A stretch of DNA of 64,000 nucleotides from Nitrososphaerota archaeon (GCA_040290255.1 PSMU01000001.1:160001-224000), one strand, 5' to 3'; shown: positions 27,931 to 38,485, counted from the first letter of the stretch. Program-made: numbers and translations. Notes: generated by a model not told the origin, from the letters alone.

Positions 27931-29709
27931 ATGACGCAGCTTATCGCTATAGAGGGCAGGCTAAAGCAGGGGCAGCTCATCAGGAGGACCCAGAGCATCT
28001 GCCCCGACTGCAACCGCATCCTGCCCGCCTTCGTCTTCGAGAGGGATGGGAAGGTCTGGATGACCAAGACCTGCCCCGAGCACGGCGAGACCGAGGAGCT
28101 CTACTTCGGCTCCTATGAGCTCTATCGCCGCTTCTCGAGCTACTGGACGGAGGGGAAGGGCACCAAGGCCCCCAACGTGCCTATGGAATTCTGCGCGTGC
28201 CCGGCCAACTGCGGGCTCTGCAGCAACCACCTCTCACACACGGGGCTGGCCAACATCATCGTCACAAATAGGTGTGACCTGACCTGCTGGTACTGCTTCT
28301 TCTATGTGAAGAAGGGGCTAGAGGGCTCCTATGTGTATGAGCCCACCATCGAGCAGATCCGGCTCATGGTGAGGGCGCTCAGGGCCGAAAGGCCTGTGCC
28401 GGGCAACTCCGTGCAGATCACGGGAGGGGAGCCCACGCTGAGGGAGGATCTGCCCGAGATCCTTAGGGCCATCAAGGAGGAGGGCGTCGACCATATTCAG
28501 CTCAACACGAACGGCATAAACATCGCGCTCAAGCCCGAGCTCGCCAAGATCTACAGGGAAGCGGGGGCCTCCAACCTCTACCTCTCCTTCGACGGCGTGA
28601 CGCCCAAGACCAACCCCAAGAACCACTGGGAGGTGCCCTACACGCTGGATGCCTGCAGGAGGGCCAACCTGGGCGTGGTGCTGGTGCCCACCGTGATAAA
28701 GAGCATAAACGACCACGAGCTGGGCGCCATAATACGCTTCGGGCAGCGCAACGTGGATATAGTAAGGGCCGTGAACTTCCAGCCCGTCTCGCTCACCGGC
28801 AGGCTCACGAGGAGCGAGAGGGAGAAGTACAGGATAACGATCCCCGACTGCATAAAGCGCATCGAGGAGCAGACGGGCGGCGAGGTGACGGAGGAGGACT
28901 GGTTCCCCGTGCCCTCCTGCGCGCCCGTCACGCACATCATAGAGATGCTGACGAGGAAGCCCCAGTACGAGCTCTCCATTCACTTCGCCTGCGGCGCGGG
29001 CACCTACGTCTTCCAGGATGAGGAGAGCGGCAAGCTGGTGCCCATCACCAGGTTCGTGGACATAAGGGGCCTCTTGGAGTACTTGGAGGACAAGGCCGAG
29101 GAGATAAGATCGGGCAAGCCCACCTACCAAGCCGCCCTGGAGACCGCGATAAGGCTGATGCGCTTCGTGGATGCCAAGAAGCAGCCTAAGGGCCTCGACT
29201 TCAGGAAGGTCTTCCTGGCCATGCTGCTCAAGCACGATTACTCCACCGTGGGCCAGTTCCACCTGAAGAGCCTATTCCTGGGCATGATGCACTTCCAGGA
29301 TAAGTATAACCAGGATGAGGAGAGGCTCCAGAGGTGCGACATCCACTACCTGACGCCCGACCTGCGCATCATACCCTTCTGCAGCTTCAACGTCATACCC
29401 GAGTGGTACCGCGATAGGATCCAGAAGAAGTTCGGCATCCCCGTGGAGGAGTGGGAGAGGCGCAACGGGCGCAAGCTGGAGGATGGGCTCTACAGGGGGA
29501 CGCTGCGCAGGGGCAAGCATCACCCGAACTGCGGCTGTGATATCGCAGGGTATAAGGGCCCAGCTCCGCAGAACGTGATGGAGCCCGGCTGCGGGACCAG
29601 CGGCGTCGTGATCAACACGCCCGGCATGGCCACCATTCACCCCAGCAGGACCGGCGCGGCTACGACGGGCAACGTGGTGCAGCTGGGCAAGAAGCCCAAC
29701 GCCAGCTAG
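27931..29709 (+). CDS. tes: Radical SAM tetraether lipid synthase (Tes / GDGT-MAS)
   Basis: Rubredoxin-like CPDC...CPEHG, CPANCGLC..H, CDLTCWYC radical SAM motif, NFQPVS, H.ACG, RC.IHY...IIPFC. Confidence 0.88.
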   Translation: MTQLIAIEGRLKQGQLIRRTQSICPDCNRILPAFVFERDGKVWMTKTCPEHGETEELYFGSYELYRRFSSYWTEGKGTKAPNVPMEFCACPANCGLCSNHLSHTGLANIIVTNRCDLTCWYCFFYVKKGLEGSYVYEPTIEQIRLMVRALRAERPVPGNSVQITGGEPTLREDLPEILRAIKEEGVDHIQLNTNGINIALKPELAKIYREAGASNLYLSFDGVTPKTNPKNHWEVPYTLDACRRANLGVVLVPTVIKSINDHELGAIIRFGQRNVDIVRAVNFQPVSLTGRLTRSEREKYRITIPDCIKRIEEQTGGEVTEEDWFPVPSCAPVTHIIEMLTRKPQYELSIHFACGAGTYVFQDEESGKLVPITRFVDIRGLLEYLEDKAEEIRSGKPTYQAALETAIRLMRFVDAKKQPKGLDFRKVFLAMLLKHDYSTVGQFHLKSLFLGMMHFQDKYNQDEERLQRCDIHYLTPDLRIIPFCSFNVIPEWYRDRIQKKFGIPVEEWERRNGRKLEDGLYRGTLRRGKHHPNCGCDIAGYKGPAPQNVMEPGCGTSGVVINTPGMATIHPSRTGAATTGNVVQLGKKPNAS

Positions 29710-29813
29710 CCAGCCCCGAATCCAAGCAGTTTATGACGATCGCCCTCGGCTCAGCTAAGGCTGGGAGCGTGGTCCATAGCAAGGCTCATATAGCCCGCCC
29801 TTTTCATCTACAT

Positions 29814-30080
29814 ATGTTATTCATCGTTCTCGCGAGGTTCAGGAGAAAGCCCACGAAGGAACTGCTGGCCCAGGCGGATAAGCTCCTGGCCGAGATGGAG
29901 AGGGAGGGTGTTAAGGCGCTGGCCGGCTACTGGACGCTCGGCAGGTACGATGCTGTAAGGATTGTGGAGGCCCCTAATGAGGCCGCTATGATGAAGGCTT
30001 CGATCAGGCTCTCCGACATCGTTTCGACCGAGACGCTCGTGGCCCTGAAGAGGGAGGACGCGCTAAGGCTGGTGGAGTAA
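29814..30080 (+). CDS. GYD-domain protein
   Basis: YWTLGRYD.V...EAP...TETLVA. Confidence 0.85.
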   Translation: MLFIVLARFRRKPTKELLAQADKLLAEMEREGVKALAGYWTLGRYDAVRIVEAPNEAAMMKASIRLSDIVSTETLVALKREDALRLVE

Positions 30081-30151
30081 GCGCGGCCGACAAAAGGCGG
30101 CGGCCTCTGGCCTAGCCTAGGGCATCGCGCCCTTAGCTCGAATTTTATCCA

Positions 30152-30715
30152 AGGGCCGGCCCTCAGCTGGGCGATACCGCCGTGGTCTTCGGCGCGGGCG
30201 CGATCGGCCTCTTGGTCCTGCTGCTCCTGCGGGCCGCGGGCATCAGGGAGCTGGCGGCCGTCGACCTGAATGAGGCCCGCCTCAGGTGGGCGCAGAGGCT
30301 GGGAGCAAGCCTGAGCCTGAATGCCAGGGAAGTAGATGTGGCCAGGGCCCTTCGGGAGCGCTTCGTGGAGGGCGTGGACATAGCGGTCGATGCCGTCGGC
30401 TCCTCGGGCACCAGGCTGGCCTCGGCGCTGAGCGTTAGGCGGGGAGGGCGCGTGGTGCTCCTGGGCCTGCACGAGAATTCGCTCAACCTAGATGGCAACT
30501 ACGTGGTCAGGAACGAGGTGGAGGTATTGGGCTCCTTCGCATACAGCGATGGGGACTTCGAAAGAGCAACGGCCCTCGTGAACCAGGGCTTGGCAGGGCT
30601 TCAAGAGGGGTGGATAGACATAAGGCCCCTTGAAGAGGGCCAAGAGGCCTTTAGAAGGGTGGCGGAGGGGGTCGAGGGCTATCCTAAGGTGCTGCTCTCG
30701 GCCCATAGGCCCTAG
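30152..30715 (+). pseudogene. 5'-truncated Zn-dependent alcohol/sugar dehydrogenase (C-terminal half only)
   Basis: Begins at GDTAVVFGAGAIG; the N-terminal GroES-like catalytic domain is absent upstream. Confidence 0.75.
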
Positions 30716-30851
30716 GCTACCCACATCTACATGCTTAAGTCGGGCGGCCACCCACAGCCTGCCTTACTAGGGCTTTATGCGGTAGTTTCTGGCCTCGGGC
30801 GACGGCTGAAACAACCTGGAACGCGTTTCAAAGGAGCCCCTTTTAGCTCAT

Positions 30852-31376
30852 GTGGCCCCAGGCGGTGTTGTGATCGCGGGAAAGGGGCTGGTGGCGCTGC
30901 TGCTCGTCGCCGGCCTGGTGGCCGCCCTTGGCGCCTCGGCGGTGAGCTACGCCACGCCACATCCCACGCCTGCAGATGCGGAGCACCAAGCCAAGCCCGC
31001 CAAGGAGGCCCGCCAGTTCGGCAAGGGCGGCGCGAAGATAGAGGCGAGGGGCAACGTCTCGTCGTCGAACATCAGCGGCATAGCGCCGGGCGACAAGGTG
31101 AAGGTGGAGGCGAAGCTCCGCGAGGGAAAGAAGCTGGTGCTCGTGGTGCCGGGGAAGGGCAGGGTCGTGGCCAACGTCACGGGCGTGAGCATCGATGCGG
31201 CGAGCGGTAAGGTTAGGGTGAACGCGACGGTGCTGAGCAGCACCCTAGGCGGAATCTCAAAGGGCGACGGGCTCTCGCTGAGCTTCACGCTCACGCAGTT
31301 CACCATAGGGGATACGGCCACGGGCAAGGCGGCGACGGCCAGCACCTTCAAGATGGAATTCGTGAACAGGCCCTAG
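30852..31376 (+). CDS. Hypothetical exported protein
   Basis: Hydrophobic N-terminal signal-like segment followed by a beta-rich, Lys-rich domain. Confidence 0.6.
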   Translation: MAPGGVVIAGKGLVALLLVAGLVAALGASAVSYATPHPTPADAEHQAKPAKEARQFGKGGAKIEARGNVSSSNISGIAPGDKVKVEAKLREGKKLVLVVPGKGRVVANVTGVSIDAASGKVRVNATVLSSTLGGISKGDGLSLSFTLTQFTIGDTATGKAATASTFKMEFVNRP

Positions 31377-31456
31377 CATAAGCGCGGGGTTTTTCTTTCG
31401 CTATATCATGCTGGCGTTAAGTTGAACGACATAGCCCAGCGATCGAATCCTTGGTT

Positions 31457-33073
31457 TCACTCGGGCGGTATCTCCTTAAAGGCCAGGTCCACCGCTATTC
31501 CCCTGCGCCTATAGTAAACTTTGTGGGCGTAGTATAGCGCGATCCCTAGGAGGTAAACGCCGACTAAGAAGGCCGTCGAGGGCACGCTGAGGATGCCGAA
31601 CTCCGGGCGCGCCATGTACAGATAGGTGATGAGGGCCATGTAGGCGGCCGTGATGGCGCCTGCTATCGAAATTACGGGCACGCCACCAACCCTATACCTT
31701 GAAGCCGGCGAAGCTTCGTAGTGGGCTCTAGTTTTTGGTCGATATGGGTATAGTATGCCCGCGACCCCCACCGCGAGCCAGGTGATTGTCCCCCCTCCTA
31801 TGAAGGCATTGAGGCCGTAAGTGGAGAAGATGTTGAACGGAGGGAATACGAAGATCCAGAGCAGCACTAAGGCCAGCACGGTGCTGAGGACAATGGCGTT
31901 ATACGGGGTGCCGTAGCGCCCGCCCACTCTGCTTAGGCGCTCAGGCGCAACGCGATCGAGGCTCCACGCCAACATGCAGCGTGTGACCATGAGCATGGAC
32001 TGGGGAGCATAGAGGAACGCCCAGGCTATGAAGCCTATCGCCATCAGGAGGTTCGCGACCACGTTATTGGTCAGCAATGAGGCGAAGAGCTGCGTCGAGG
32101 GCGGTATGGCCAGAATGGACTTATCGGGGGCGTTATAAAAGAGCCAGGCGGAAGCGGTTATGAACTCGTAGCCGAAGATCCTGTATGACAGCTCGCCAAC
32201 GAGAGCCAGGAAGACCGTGATGAAGAGGACGGAACCTGCCATCGAGAGCAGGTGGACCTTTAAGCTCATGGCGTGCCTAATCTCGCCGGCCGCGTAGGAG
32301 GACCATACCGCGAAGCCTATCGGCTGAAACGCCACGGCCAGCGCGAAGAGGGTCTGAGCGGAAAAGAGGGAAGGCGCCGAGGCCTCGATTCCCAGTTCGC
32401 GCGCCATCGTCAGGGTACGCTCGTAGGCGCCTGGACCTGCGAAGCTATTAAAGCCCGCCACGAAAGCTTCCCTGCTCGCAAGGGCCATCACCGCGATCAG
32501 CGAGAGGATCCCCAGCATGCCCAAGATGAAAGCTACGCGCATGGCCAAAAAGTACCTTCTCACTCCAACGTAAGCTAAGAGCGCTACGACGAGAATGTTG
32601 TTGGTGCCGATCAAGAAAGCCGCCTCTGGCCTAGCGGCGGCCTCCCCTAACTCCCTGAAGAGCTGTATGCCTGTTGCCTGCCCCACAATGGTGAAGGCCG
32701 GAGAGGCGGCGAACGCGCTCAGGAACCATGAAGTGTAGGCGATCCAGAAGATGTTCCAGACGACCATGCTGAAGTTCACGGCATAGCCAACCAGGGGCGA
32801 GATGACGCGTGTATTGAAGACGTATTCTCCGCCGGAGCGAGGCATCGCGGCCGTGAAGAGCGCGAAGAGGAGCGCTTGAACGAGCGTAAGGCCGGCAATC
32901 AAGAAGAGGGCGAACGTGAAGTGTGCCCCGGGAAAGAGCTGCAGGGCCCAGAAATATGAAGTGGCTACCCAGACCAGATTCATCGTGCCGACGTTCATCA
33001 GAAAGCCGTCGAGAGCGGTTATTTCGCGAAGCAGGCCAGTGGCCTTGCGCACAAAGGCCGGGGGTGTTGCCAC
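31457..33073 (-). CDS. APC-family amino acid permease
   Basis: FVRKATGLLRE, MPRSGGEY, AGEI, R..LAWS.DR, C-terminal FKEIPPE; GTG start chosen by TATA spacing. Confidence 0.88.
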   Translation of the reverse strand: MATPPAFVRKATGLLREITALDGFLMNVGTMNLVWVATSYFWALQLFPGAHFTFALFLIAGLTLVQALLFALFTAAMPRSGGEYVFNTRVISPLVGYAVNFSMVVWNIFWIAYTSWFLSAFAASPAFTIVGQATGIQLFRELGEAAARPEAAFLIGTNNILVVALLAYVGVRRYFLAMRVAFILGMLGILSLIAVMALASREAFVAGFNSFAGPGAYERTLTMARELGIEASAPSLFSAQTLFALAVAFQPIGFAVWSSYAAGEIRHAMSLKVHLLSMAGSVLFITVFLALVGELSYRIFGYEFITASAWLFYNAPDKSILAIPPSTQLFASLLTNNVVANLLMAIGFIAWAFLYAPQSMLMVTRCMLAWSLDRVAPERLSRVGGRYGTPYNAIVLSTVLALVLLWIFVFPPFNIFSTYGLNAFIGGGTITWLAVGVAGILYPYRPKTRAHYEASPASRYRVGGVPVISIAGAITAAYMALITYLYMARPEFGILSVPSTAFLVGVYLLGIALYYAHKVYYRRRGIAVDLAFKEIPPE

Positions 33074-33617
33074 GGGCTTTCTTATACACAAAAATTATTA
33101 AAAAGTGTTGCCTTTGGAGGCATCAGTGCGGATCATATCAGGACAGTGGGCGCTCCCGAAGGAGAATTTTTGCGAGATCGGGAGAATGAGCATCGTTGGC
33201 GCGCCCTGTTTACATGTGAATTAACTGCCGGGAACTAGCCCCGTGCTTTTTAATGGTCACCTTACGGCATGTTGGATCCTGCCGGCAAGAAGGCGAAGGC
33301 GCGTAATGCGTAGGGTTGGGCGTTCGATGCAACCGAAGCGACACGTAGAAATCCGCCCTCTTCAAGTCGCAGCACGGCGGTCAGCGCAGGGAGGTTCCTT
33401 CGTTTATGTCCCGTTTTTAAGAGCCCCTCGATCTGGACGTCCCTGATGAAATTGATCTTGGTGGACTCGCGAACCGCTAGGGGCGATAAGGCGCTCTGAC
33501 GAAGGTCTGGCGTATCGCTGATGGCCTTTCGTCATGGGCCGCCTTGAGCCCCACCAGGCTCGTCTACGTATAACATATTCAGGCAAAGCCGCTCGAGAGC
33601 GCATGAGCGCGTTTTAG

Positions 33618-33760
33618 GTGGGCCTAGCCACCGTGGCGGTTGGCTTAGTGAAGCAGTGTGATCTCTTGGCGGCCGTAGATGAGTTCAACTTAAGGGTTGA
33701 ACGAAATGCAATACATGGCTATGGGCCAAACGGGGCCGGCAAGATCATGACCGTCAGGCT
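33618..33760 (+). pseudogene. Remnant of an ABC ATPase N-terminus
   Basis: GLVK...AVD..NL.V....IHG-GPNGAGK, then loss of similarity. Confidence 0.6.
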
Positions 33761-33980
33761 TTGTTCTTATAGGATGCTGCTTTTGTCGCCTTTCAGACGT
33801 CGGACTGCCTGTTAAGAGGCCCTCAATGTAAGGCACTTTCAGCTTTGCGGGGCGCAGCTGGCGCATTCATGCCTGACGAGGCCGGTGAGCCGGCCCGATC
33901 TGCCCACCTCCAGGAGCCTCTGGAGAACTAAACCCTATGAGGGCTCGCGTGAAACCCTTTAGTCCACTACACTTCAAGTA

Positions 33981-34330
33981 ATGCATGTGAGGTACGCGAA
34001 GGTCGAGGGGACGGTTAGCTGTCCCAGGGGAAATAGCGCGCTAGAAGTGGAATTTCTGGTGGATACCGGAGCCGGCGGAGATCACAAGACACCTGGGCTT
34101 AGAAGTGCTTGCGAGGACCAAGGCCACCCTGGCCAATAAGGTTGAGGCGGAGGCCGACCTCTCTTTAGTGAATATAAGGGTGATGGACAGAGAAGCCCCT
34201 GTGCCGGTCCCGCTGATGGACTCGCCCATGCCGCTCATAGGAGCTTTTACCCTCTAGGTTCTCGGGCTAGAGGTGGATCCCGTCAGAGGTGAGGTTTGGC
34301 CATCGAGGCCCTTCGCCTTGGGGCTGCTAG
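33981..34330 (+). pseudogene. Clan AA (retropepsin-like) aspartic protease pseudogene
   Basis: FLVDTGA at 34053-34073, frameshift right after it, PLIGAFTL*VLGLEVDP with in-frame TAG at 34255. Confidence 0.75.
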
Positions 34331-34653
34331 CATGCTGGAAAAGGAGCTGGGCGCACATATTAGCGAGGCTACAAGGTTGCCTATTAGCGCCGGCTCGCCA
34401 TTTAAGAGGGCCCGTCGCATCTGAGCGCGGCCCATGGGCCTCTTCCTGGTTAGGCGCTCACCGTTGCCAATCCCGGTTCTCTGGCTTCGATGTCCTCGTT
34501 TGAGGAGCTCTGGGCTAAGGCCCTGGGGGTAGATGGAGCCACGCGAGATTGAAGCGCTAGCCCTGATGGTTCCCCTGGGCCTGCCATGCGGGCTTAGCCG
34601 GGCTTTGGAGTTAAGATGCGCCCACGCCCAGCGGCGCCAGGTCCTTGTCGCTT

Positions 34654-35171
34654 CTAGGTGAGCTCGGCGATGAGCGCGCCGTTCTGGTACAGCTCGCGCT
34701 TAACCAAGCAGGCCTTCTTCAGCGTCTGGGTCACATAACAGTCCTCCACGGCCGCCCTGGCCAGCTGGGCGATCTGATCAGCATCCGAGGGGCTCTCTAC
34801 GTCCCCCTGTAGGCTATCTCCTCAAAGCGCCTAGGATGAGCCAGCGAGAACCTTCCCCTGACCCTTATCGATAACGAAGCCAGCTCTATCCCCTTGGTGG
34901 CGGCGTGCTCCGCATAATGCACCATCTGGCACAGGCCAAGGCTGGAAAGGAAGTAGGCGAGGGGGCTTACTCCCTTTCCCGAGCCGCCCTGCGCCCTGTG
35001 CTCATCGGGGAACCATGTTACATCGCCTCCTGGCGTGGAGGCCTCGGCCAGCAGGTTATCGCCCTTGACCACCACGACCTCGATGGAGCTCTTGAGAGCC
35101 TGCTCATCGGCCCTCCTGTAAAACTCCATCCTCCTCATCCTCTCCACGAAGTCGTGGGTGAAGGTGACCAA
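34654..35171 (-). pseudogene. OsmC-family protein with a single frameshift
   Basis: DE....GG.G.G.SP..YFL.SLG.C; second Cys (EDCYVTQTL) lies in another frame after a G run at about 34804-34808. Confidence 0.75.
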
Positions 35172-35212
35172 GCCTGCCCCTGCCTTTTGCTAGGATAAGG
35201 CCGTTGCGCGCG

Positions 35213-35758
35213 CTAGCCGCCCTGGGGCGCGGGGCTTGCCGGCTGCGCCTGAGGGAGCTGCTCGGGGATCGAGAAGTACGCGACGGCCTGCAGGATCAGG
35301 CCCACGAGGATGAGGATGACCCCCACGAAGATCACGAGCAGGATGGAGCCAATGAGGAAGAAGAGCGCGGCCGTCCTGAAGTGGCCCACGTTCAGCTTCT
35401 GCGCGATCTTATCATAGCTGCTCTTGAGGAGGAGGGAGGCCACGATGCCCAGTATCCAGGCGGCCACCAGCGGCAGTATAAAGGCGCCGAACATCGCAAA
35501 GGGGTTCTTGAAGAGCGCCCCCAAGAGCGCCCCCACTCCAAAGGAGAAGAAGAAGAGGAAGGATGCAATGAGCGAAGCCGCTATTACGGTGATGGCCGCA
35601 TAAAGCAGGTTGTTGAAGATGGACCTATCCTTCGTCTCGTCGGAGATATACTTCCCGGCTATCAGCACGAGGATCCAGCCCGCCACGCTCGCGCCGGGCA
35701 CGAAGGCCAGGACGGAGCCTATGCCCCCTATTGTCTTGGCCTGAGAGAGGGTTCCCAT
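35213..35758 (-). CDS. DUF996-like membrane protein
   Basis: LSQAK.IGGIGS.L, IS......IF.N, F.TAAL...IG.IL....VG, AYFSIPE. Confidence 0.8.
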   Translation of the reverse strand: MGTLSQAKTIGGIGSVLAFVPGASVAGWILVLIAGKYISDETKDRSIFNNLLYAAITVIAASLIASFLFFFSFGVGALLGALFKNPFAMFGAFILPLVAAWILGIVASLLLKSSYDKIAQKLNVGHFRTAALFFLIGSILLVIFVGVILILVGLILQAVAYFSIPEQLPQAQPASPAPQGG

Positions 35759-35971
35759 CTCTAGATGATGAAAGGGGGGCCTTAAAAACCTTAGCGTCAG
35801 GGCAAAGAGCATCTCAAGGCCCTCGCCGCATATGTTAGCACGAGCTCATCTATATCCTGCAGGGGGTCTTTGCGTTAGTCTTGCTGGGCATGCGCGCAGC
35901 AAGGGGATGTTTCTTCGTTTTCTGCCGGACCTTTGCTAAAATTTTTATAGGGCGCGCATCAGCGGCCCGGG

Positions 35972-37528
35972 ATGAGCGAGGGCGTATACGCGCGCACGGC
36001 CTCAGGCCTAGTCAGGAACGTCTCCGCATGGGATGCGATGATCTTCAACATAATGGTGATGGCCCCCATGGCAATTCTGGTCTATGGCGTATGGGCCTCG
36101 GTCACCTATCCCGGTGCGCACCTTCCCACCACCGCGCTCCTGGCGATACCCATCAGCATCATCGTGGGCCTCTTTTACGCGCTACTCTCGGCGGCCATGC
36201 CCAGGGCTGGAGGGGACTACATCTGGGTGAGCAGGATCCTGCACCCGGCCTTGGGCTACATGATCAACTTCTTCCTCTTCATGGTCATCCTCAGCGTGGC
36301 GGGGGCCTACATACCCTGGTTCACGCAGTACACGCTGGCGCCCGTCTTGAGGGTGAACGGGATGCCCGAGCTGGCGAGCTCGGTATCATCCAATGAATTC
36401 GCCTTCGCCTTCGCGGTGGCCTTTTACGCCATCTGCGCGGCCATAATCTCCAGGGGAGCTAAGTTCACGATGAGGGTCCTCTGGGCCCTCTTCGCGCTCG
36501 TGCTCATCGGCCTGGTCGCCTATGCGGGCGGGCTCCTGATAACCGGGCAACAGGGCTTCTCGAGAAACTTCTCGGCCGCCACGGGCATGAGCCCCGAGGC
36601 CGTCATCCAGGAGGCGGTCAAGGCCGGCTATCCCGGCCAGTTCACGGTCACGGCCACGCTCCTGGGGCTTACGTTCACCTACATCAACTTCCTGGGCTTC
36701 CAGTTCTCCATATACCTGGCGGGCGAGATCAAGAAGGTGGAGAGGTCCCAGTTGATAGCCATAGTGGGGGCCGTGCTGGTCTTTGGCCTCATCGACTGGC
36801 TCGCCTATCAGGTCTCCTATGCGGGCATGGGGGGCGAGTTCCTCGGCGCGCTCTCCTACCTCTATGCCATAGGGAGCGACAAGTATCCGCTGAAGGATGC
36901 CCCCTTCTTCATGTGGCTCTTCCAATACGCTTCTAACCCCTGGCTCTTCACGCTGATGATGGTAGGATGGGGCGCGATGGTCCTGGCCGCGATACTGACA
37001 TATGTGGCCGCGGCCGTGAGGTTCGTCTTCGCCTGGGCCTTCGACAGGGTGGTGCCCACGTGGCTCTCCAAGGTGAGCGTGAGGTCCGGCTCTCCCTATG
37101 CGGCGCTCATCTTCGTCACCATCGTGGCTATCGTCTTCCAGGCGCTCTGGCTCTGGACCCCCCTGCTGCAGTACTTCGCCTATATCGTCTTCGGCTGGAT
37201 GATCATGCAGATCATCACGGCCCTGGCCGCCCTGCTCTTCAGCCGCAGGAGGAGGGACCTCTACGAAAGGGCCCCCGCCCTCGTCAGGGCCAGAATGGGA
37301 CCCGTGCCCGTGCTGGCCATCCTATCGGCGCTCTCGATGATCTTCGGCATCTGGCTGGGCTATGCCAGCATCTCGCCCGCCTTCGTGGGCACGCTCAACC
37401 CCTGGATAATGGCCTTCACGGTGGGCCTCTTCCTGATAGGGGCGGCCATCTACTTCATCTCCTCGCTGTATCACCGCCGGAGGGGGCTGCCGCTCGAGCT
37501 CTCCTTTAAGGAGCTGCCCCCCGAGTAG
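35972..37528 (+). CDS. APC-family amino acid permease
   Basis: YARTASGLVR, MPRAGGDYIW, YLAGEIK, FAWAFDR, C-terminal FKELPPE. Confidence 0.9.
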   Translation: MSEGVYARTASGLVRNVSAWDAMIFNIMVMAPMAILVYGVWASVTYPGAHLPTTALLAIPISIIVGLFYALLSAAMPRAGGDYIWVSRILHPALGYMINFFLFMVILSVAGAYIPWFTQYTLAPVLRVNGMPELASSVSSNEFAFAFAVAFYAICAAIISRGAKFTMRVLWALFALVLIGLVAYAGGLLITGQQGFSRNFSAATGMSPEAVIQEAVKAGYPGQFTVTATLLGLTFTYINFLGFQFSIYLAGEIKKVERSQLIAIVGAVLVFGLIDWLAYQVSYAGMGGEFLGALSYLYAIGSDKYPLKDAPFFMWLFQYASNPWLFTLMMVGWGAMVLAAILTYVAAAVRFVFAWAFDRVVPTWLSKVSVRSGSPYAALIFVTIVAIVFQALWLWTPLLQYFAYIVFGWMIMQIITALAALLFSRRRRDLYERAPALVRARMGPVPVLAILSALSMIFGIWLGYASISPAFVGTLNPWIMAFTVGLFLIGAAIYFISSLYHRRRGLPLELSFKELPPE

Positions 37529-37531
37529 AGC

Positions 37532-38485
37532 ATGGCGCGGCTGCGGCTCTTCTTCTGCTCGGACATTCACGGCAGCGATGTCTGCTTCAAGAAGTTCGTG
37601 AACGCCGCCGAGGCGTACAAGGCGGATGTGCTGATCGTGGGCGGGGATATAACGGGGAAGTTCATCGTGCCCATCTTCGAGGAGCAAGGAGGCAGGTATG
37701 CCTACAGCTTCCTGGGGGAGCAGCGGCGCGTGGAGGAGGCTGGCCTGGGCGAGGCGCTCAAGCTGATAAGGGATACCGGCTCTTATCCCTACGTAACTTC
37801 CAAGGAGCGGTGGGAGGAGCTCACGTCGAGCCCCACGAGAATGGAGGAGCTCTTCCTGACGCTCATACGGGACTCCCTTCGCTCTTGGGCGGGCTTCGCG
37901 GAGCTCAGGCTCAGGGGCAGGCCCGTGCAGTGCTACATCATGCCCGGGAACGATGACCATCCGCTTGTAGATGAGATGCTGAAGGGCTCGGAGGTCATCA
38001 TCAACCCCCATGAGAGGGTGGTAGAGTTATCGAGCGGCCTCAAGCTGCTGGGGCTGGGGTACTCGAACATCACGCCCTGGAAGTGCTACCGCGATGTACC
38101 GGAGGAACTCATCGAGCGGAAGATAGAGCAGCTCATGGGCGAGGTGGCGGAGGGCGAGGGCCTGCTGTACGCCATTCACGTGCCCCCCTTCAACTCGGGC
38201 ATCGATGCCGCGCCCGAGCTCGATGAGCAGATGAGGCCCAAGTTGGCCCCGGGAGGGCAGGCGCTGCTGAGGCCCGTGGGCAGCACCTCCGTGCGCAGGG
38301 CGATAGAGAGGCATCAGCCCGCCCTGGGCCTACATGGACACGTGCACGAGGCCAGGGGCTTCGCGAGGATAGGAAGGACGCTCTGTTTCAACCCCGGCAG
38401 CGAGTACCAGGAGGGCGTGCTCAGGGGCGTGCTGATACAGCTTGAGGATGGGAAGGTCAGGGACTTCATCTTCACGGCCGGCTAG
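37532..38485 (+). CDS. Calcineurin-like metallophosphoesterase (Icc-related)
   Basis: SDIHG, GGD, PGNDD, HVPP, HGHVHE, NPGS. Confidence 0.88.
   Translation: MARLRLFFCSDIHGSDVCFKKFVNAAEAYKADVLIVGGDITGKFIVPIFEEQGGRYAYSFLGEQRRVEEAGLGEALKLIRDTGSYPYVTSKERWEELTSSPTRMEELFLTLIRDSLRSWAGFAELRLRGRPVQCYIMPGNDDHPLVDEMLKGSEVIINPHERVVELSSGLKLLGLGYSNITPWKCYRDVPEELIERKIEQLMGEVAEGEGLLYAIHVPPFNSGIDAAPELDEQMRPKLAPGGQALLRPVGSTSVRRAIERHQPALGLHGHVHEARGFARIGRTLCFNPGSEYQEGVLRGVLIQLEDGKVRDFIFTAG

Noticed and set aside
33440-33540. CTGATGA / CTGACGA motifs with a nearby hairpin (hammerhead or C/D-like)
   Set aside because: No GAAA core with three stems and no properly spaced box pairs could be built
34900-34960. Selenocysteine recoding in the OsmC-like gene
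   Set aside because: The catalytic position is a Cys codon; the break is a frameshift, not an in-frame TGA
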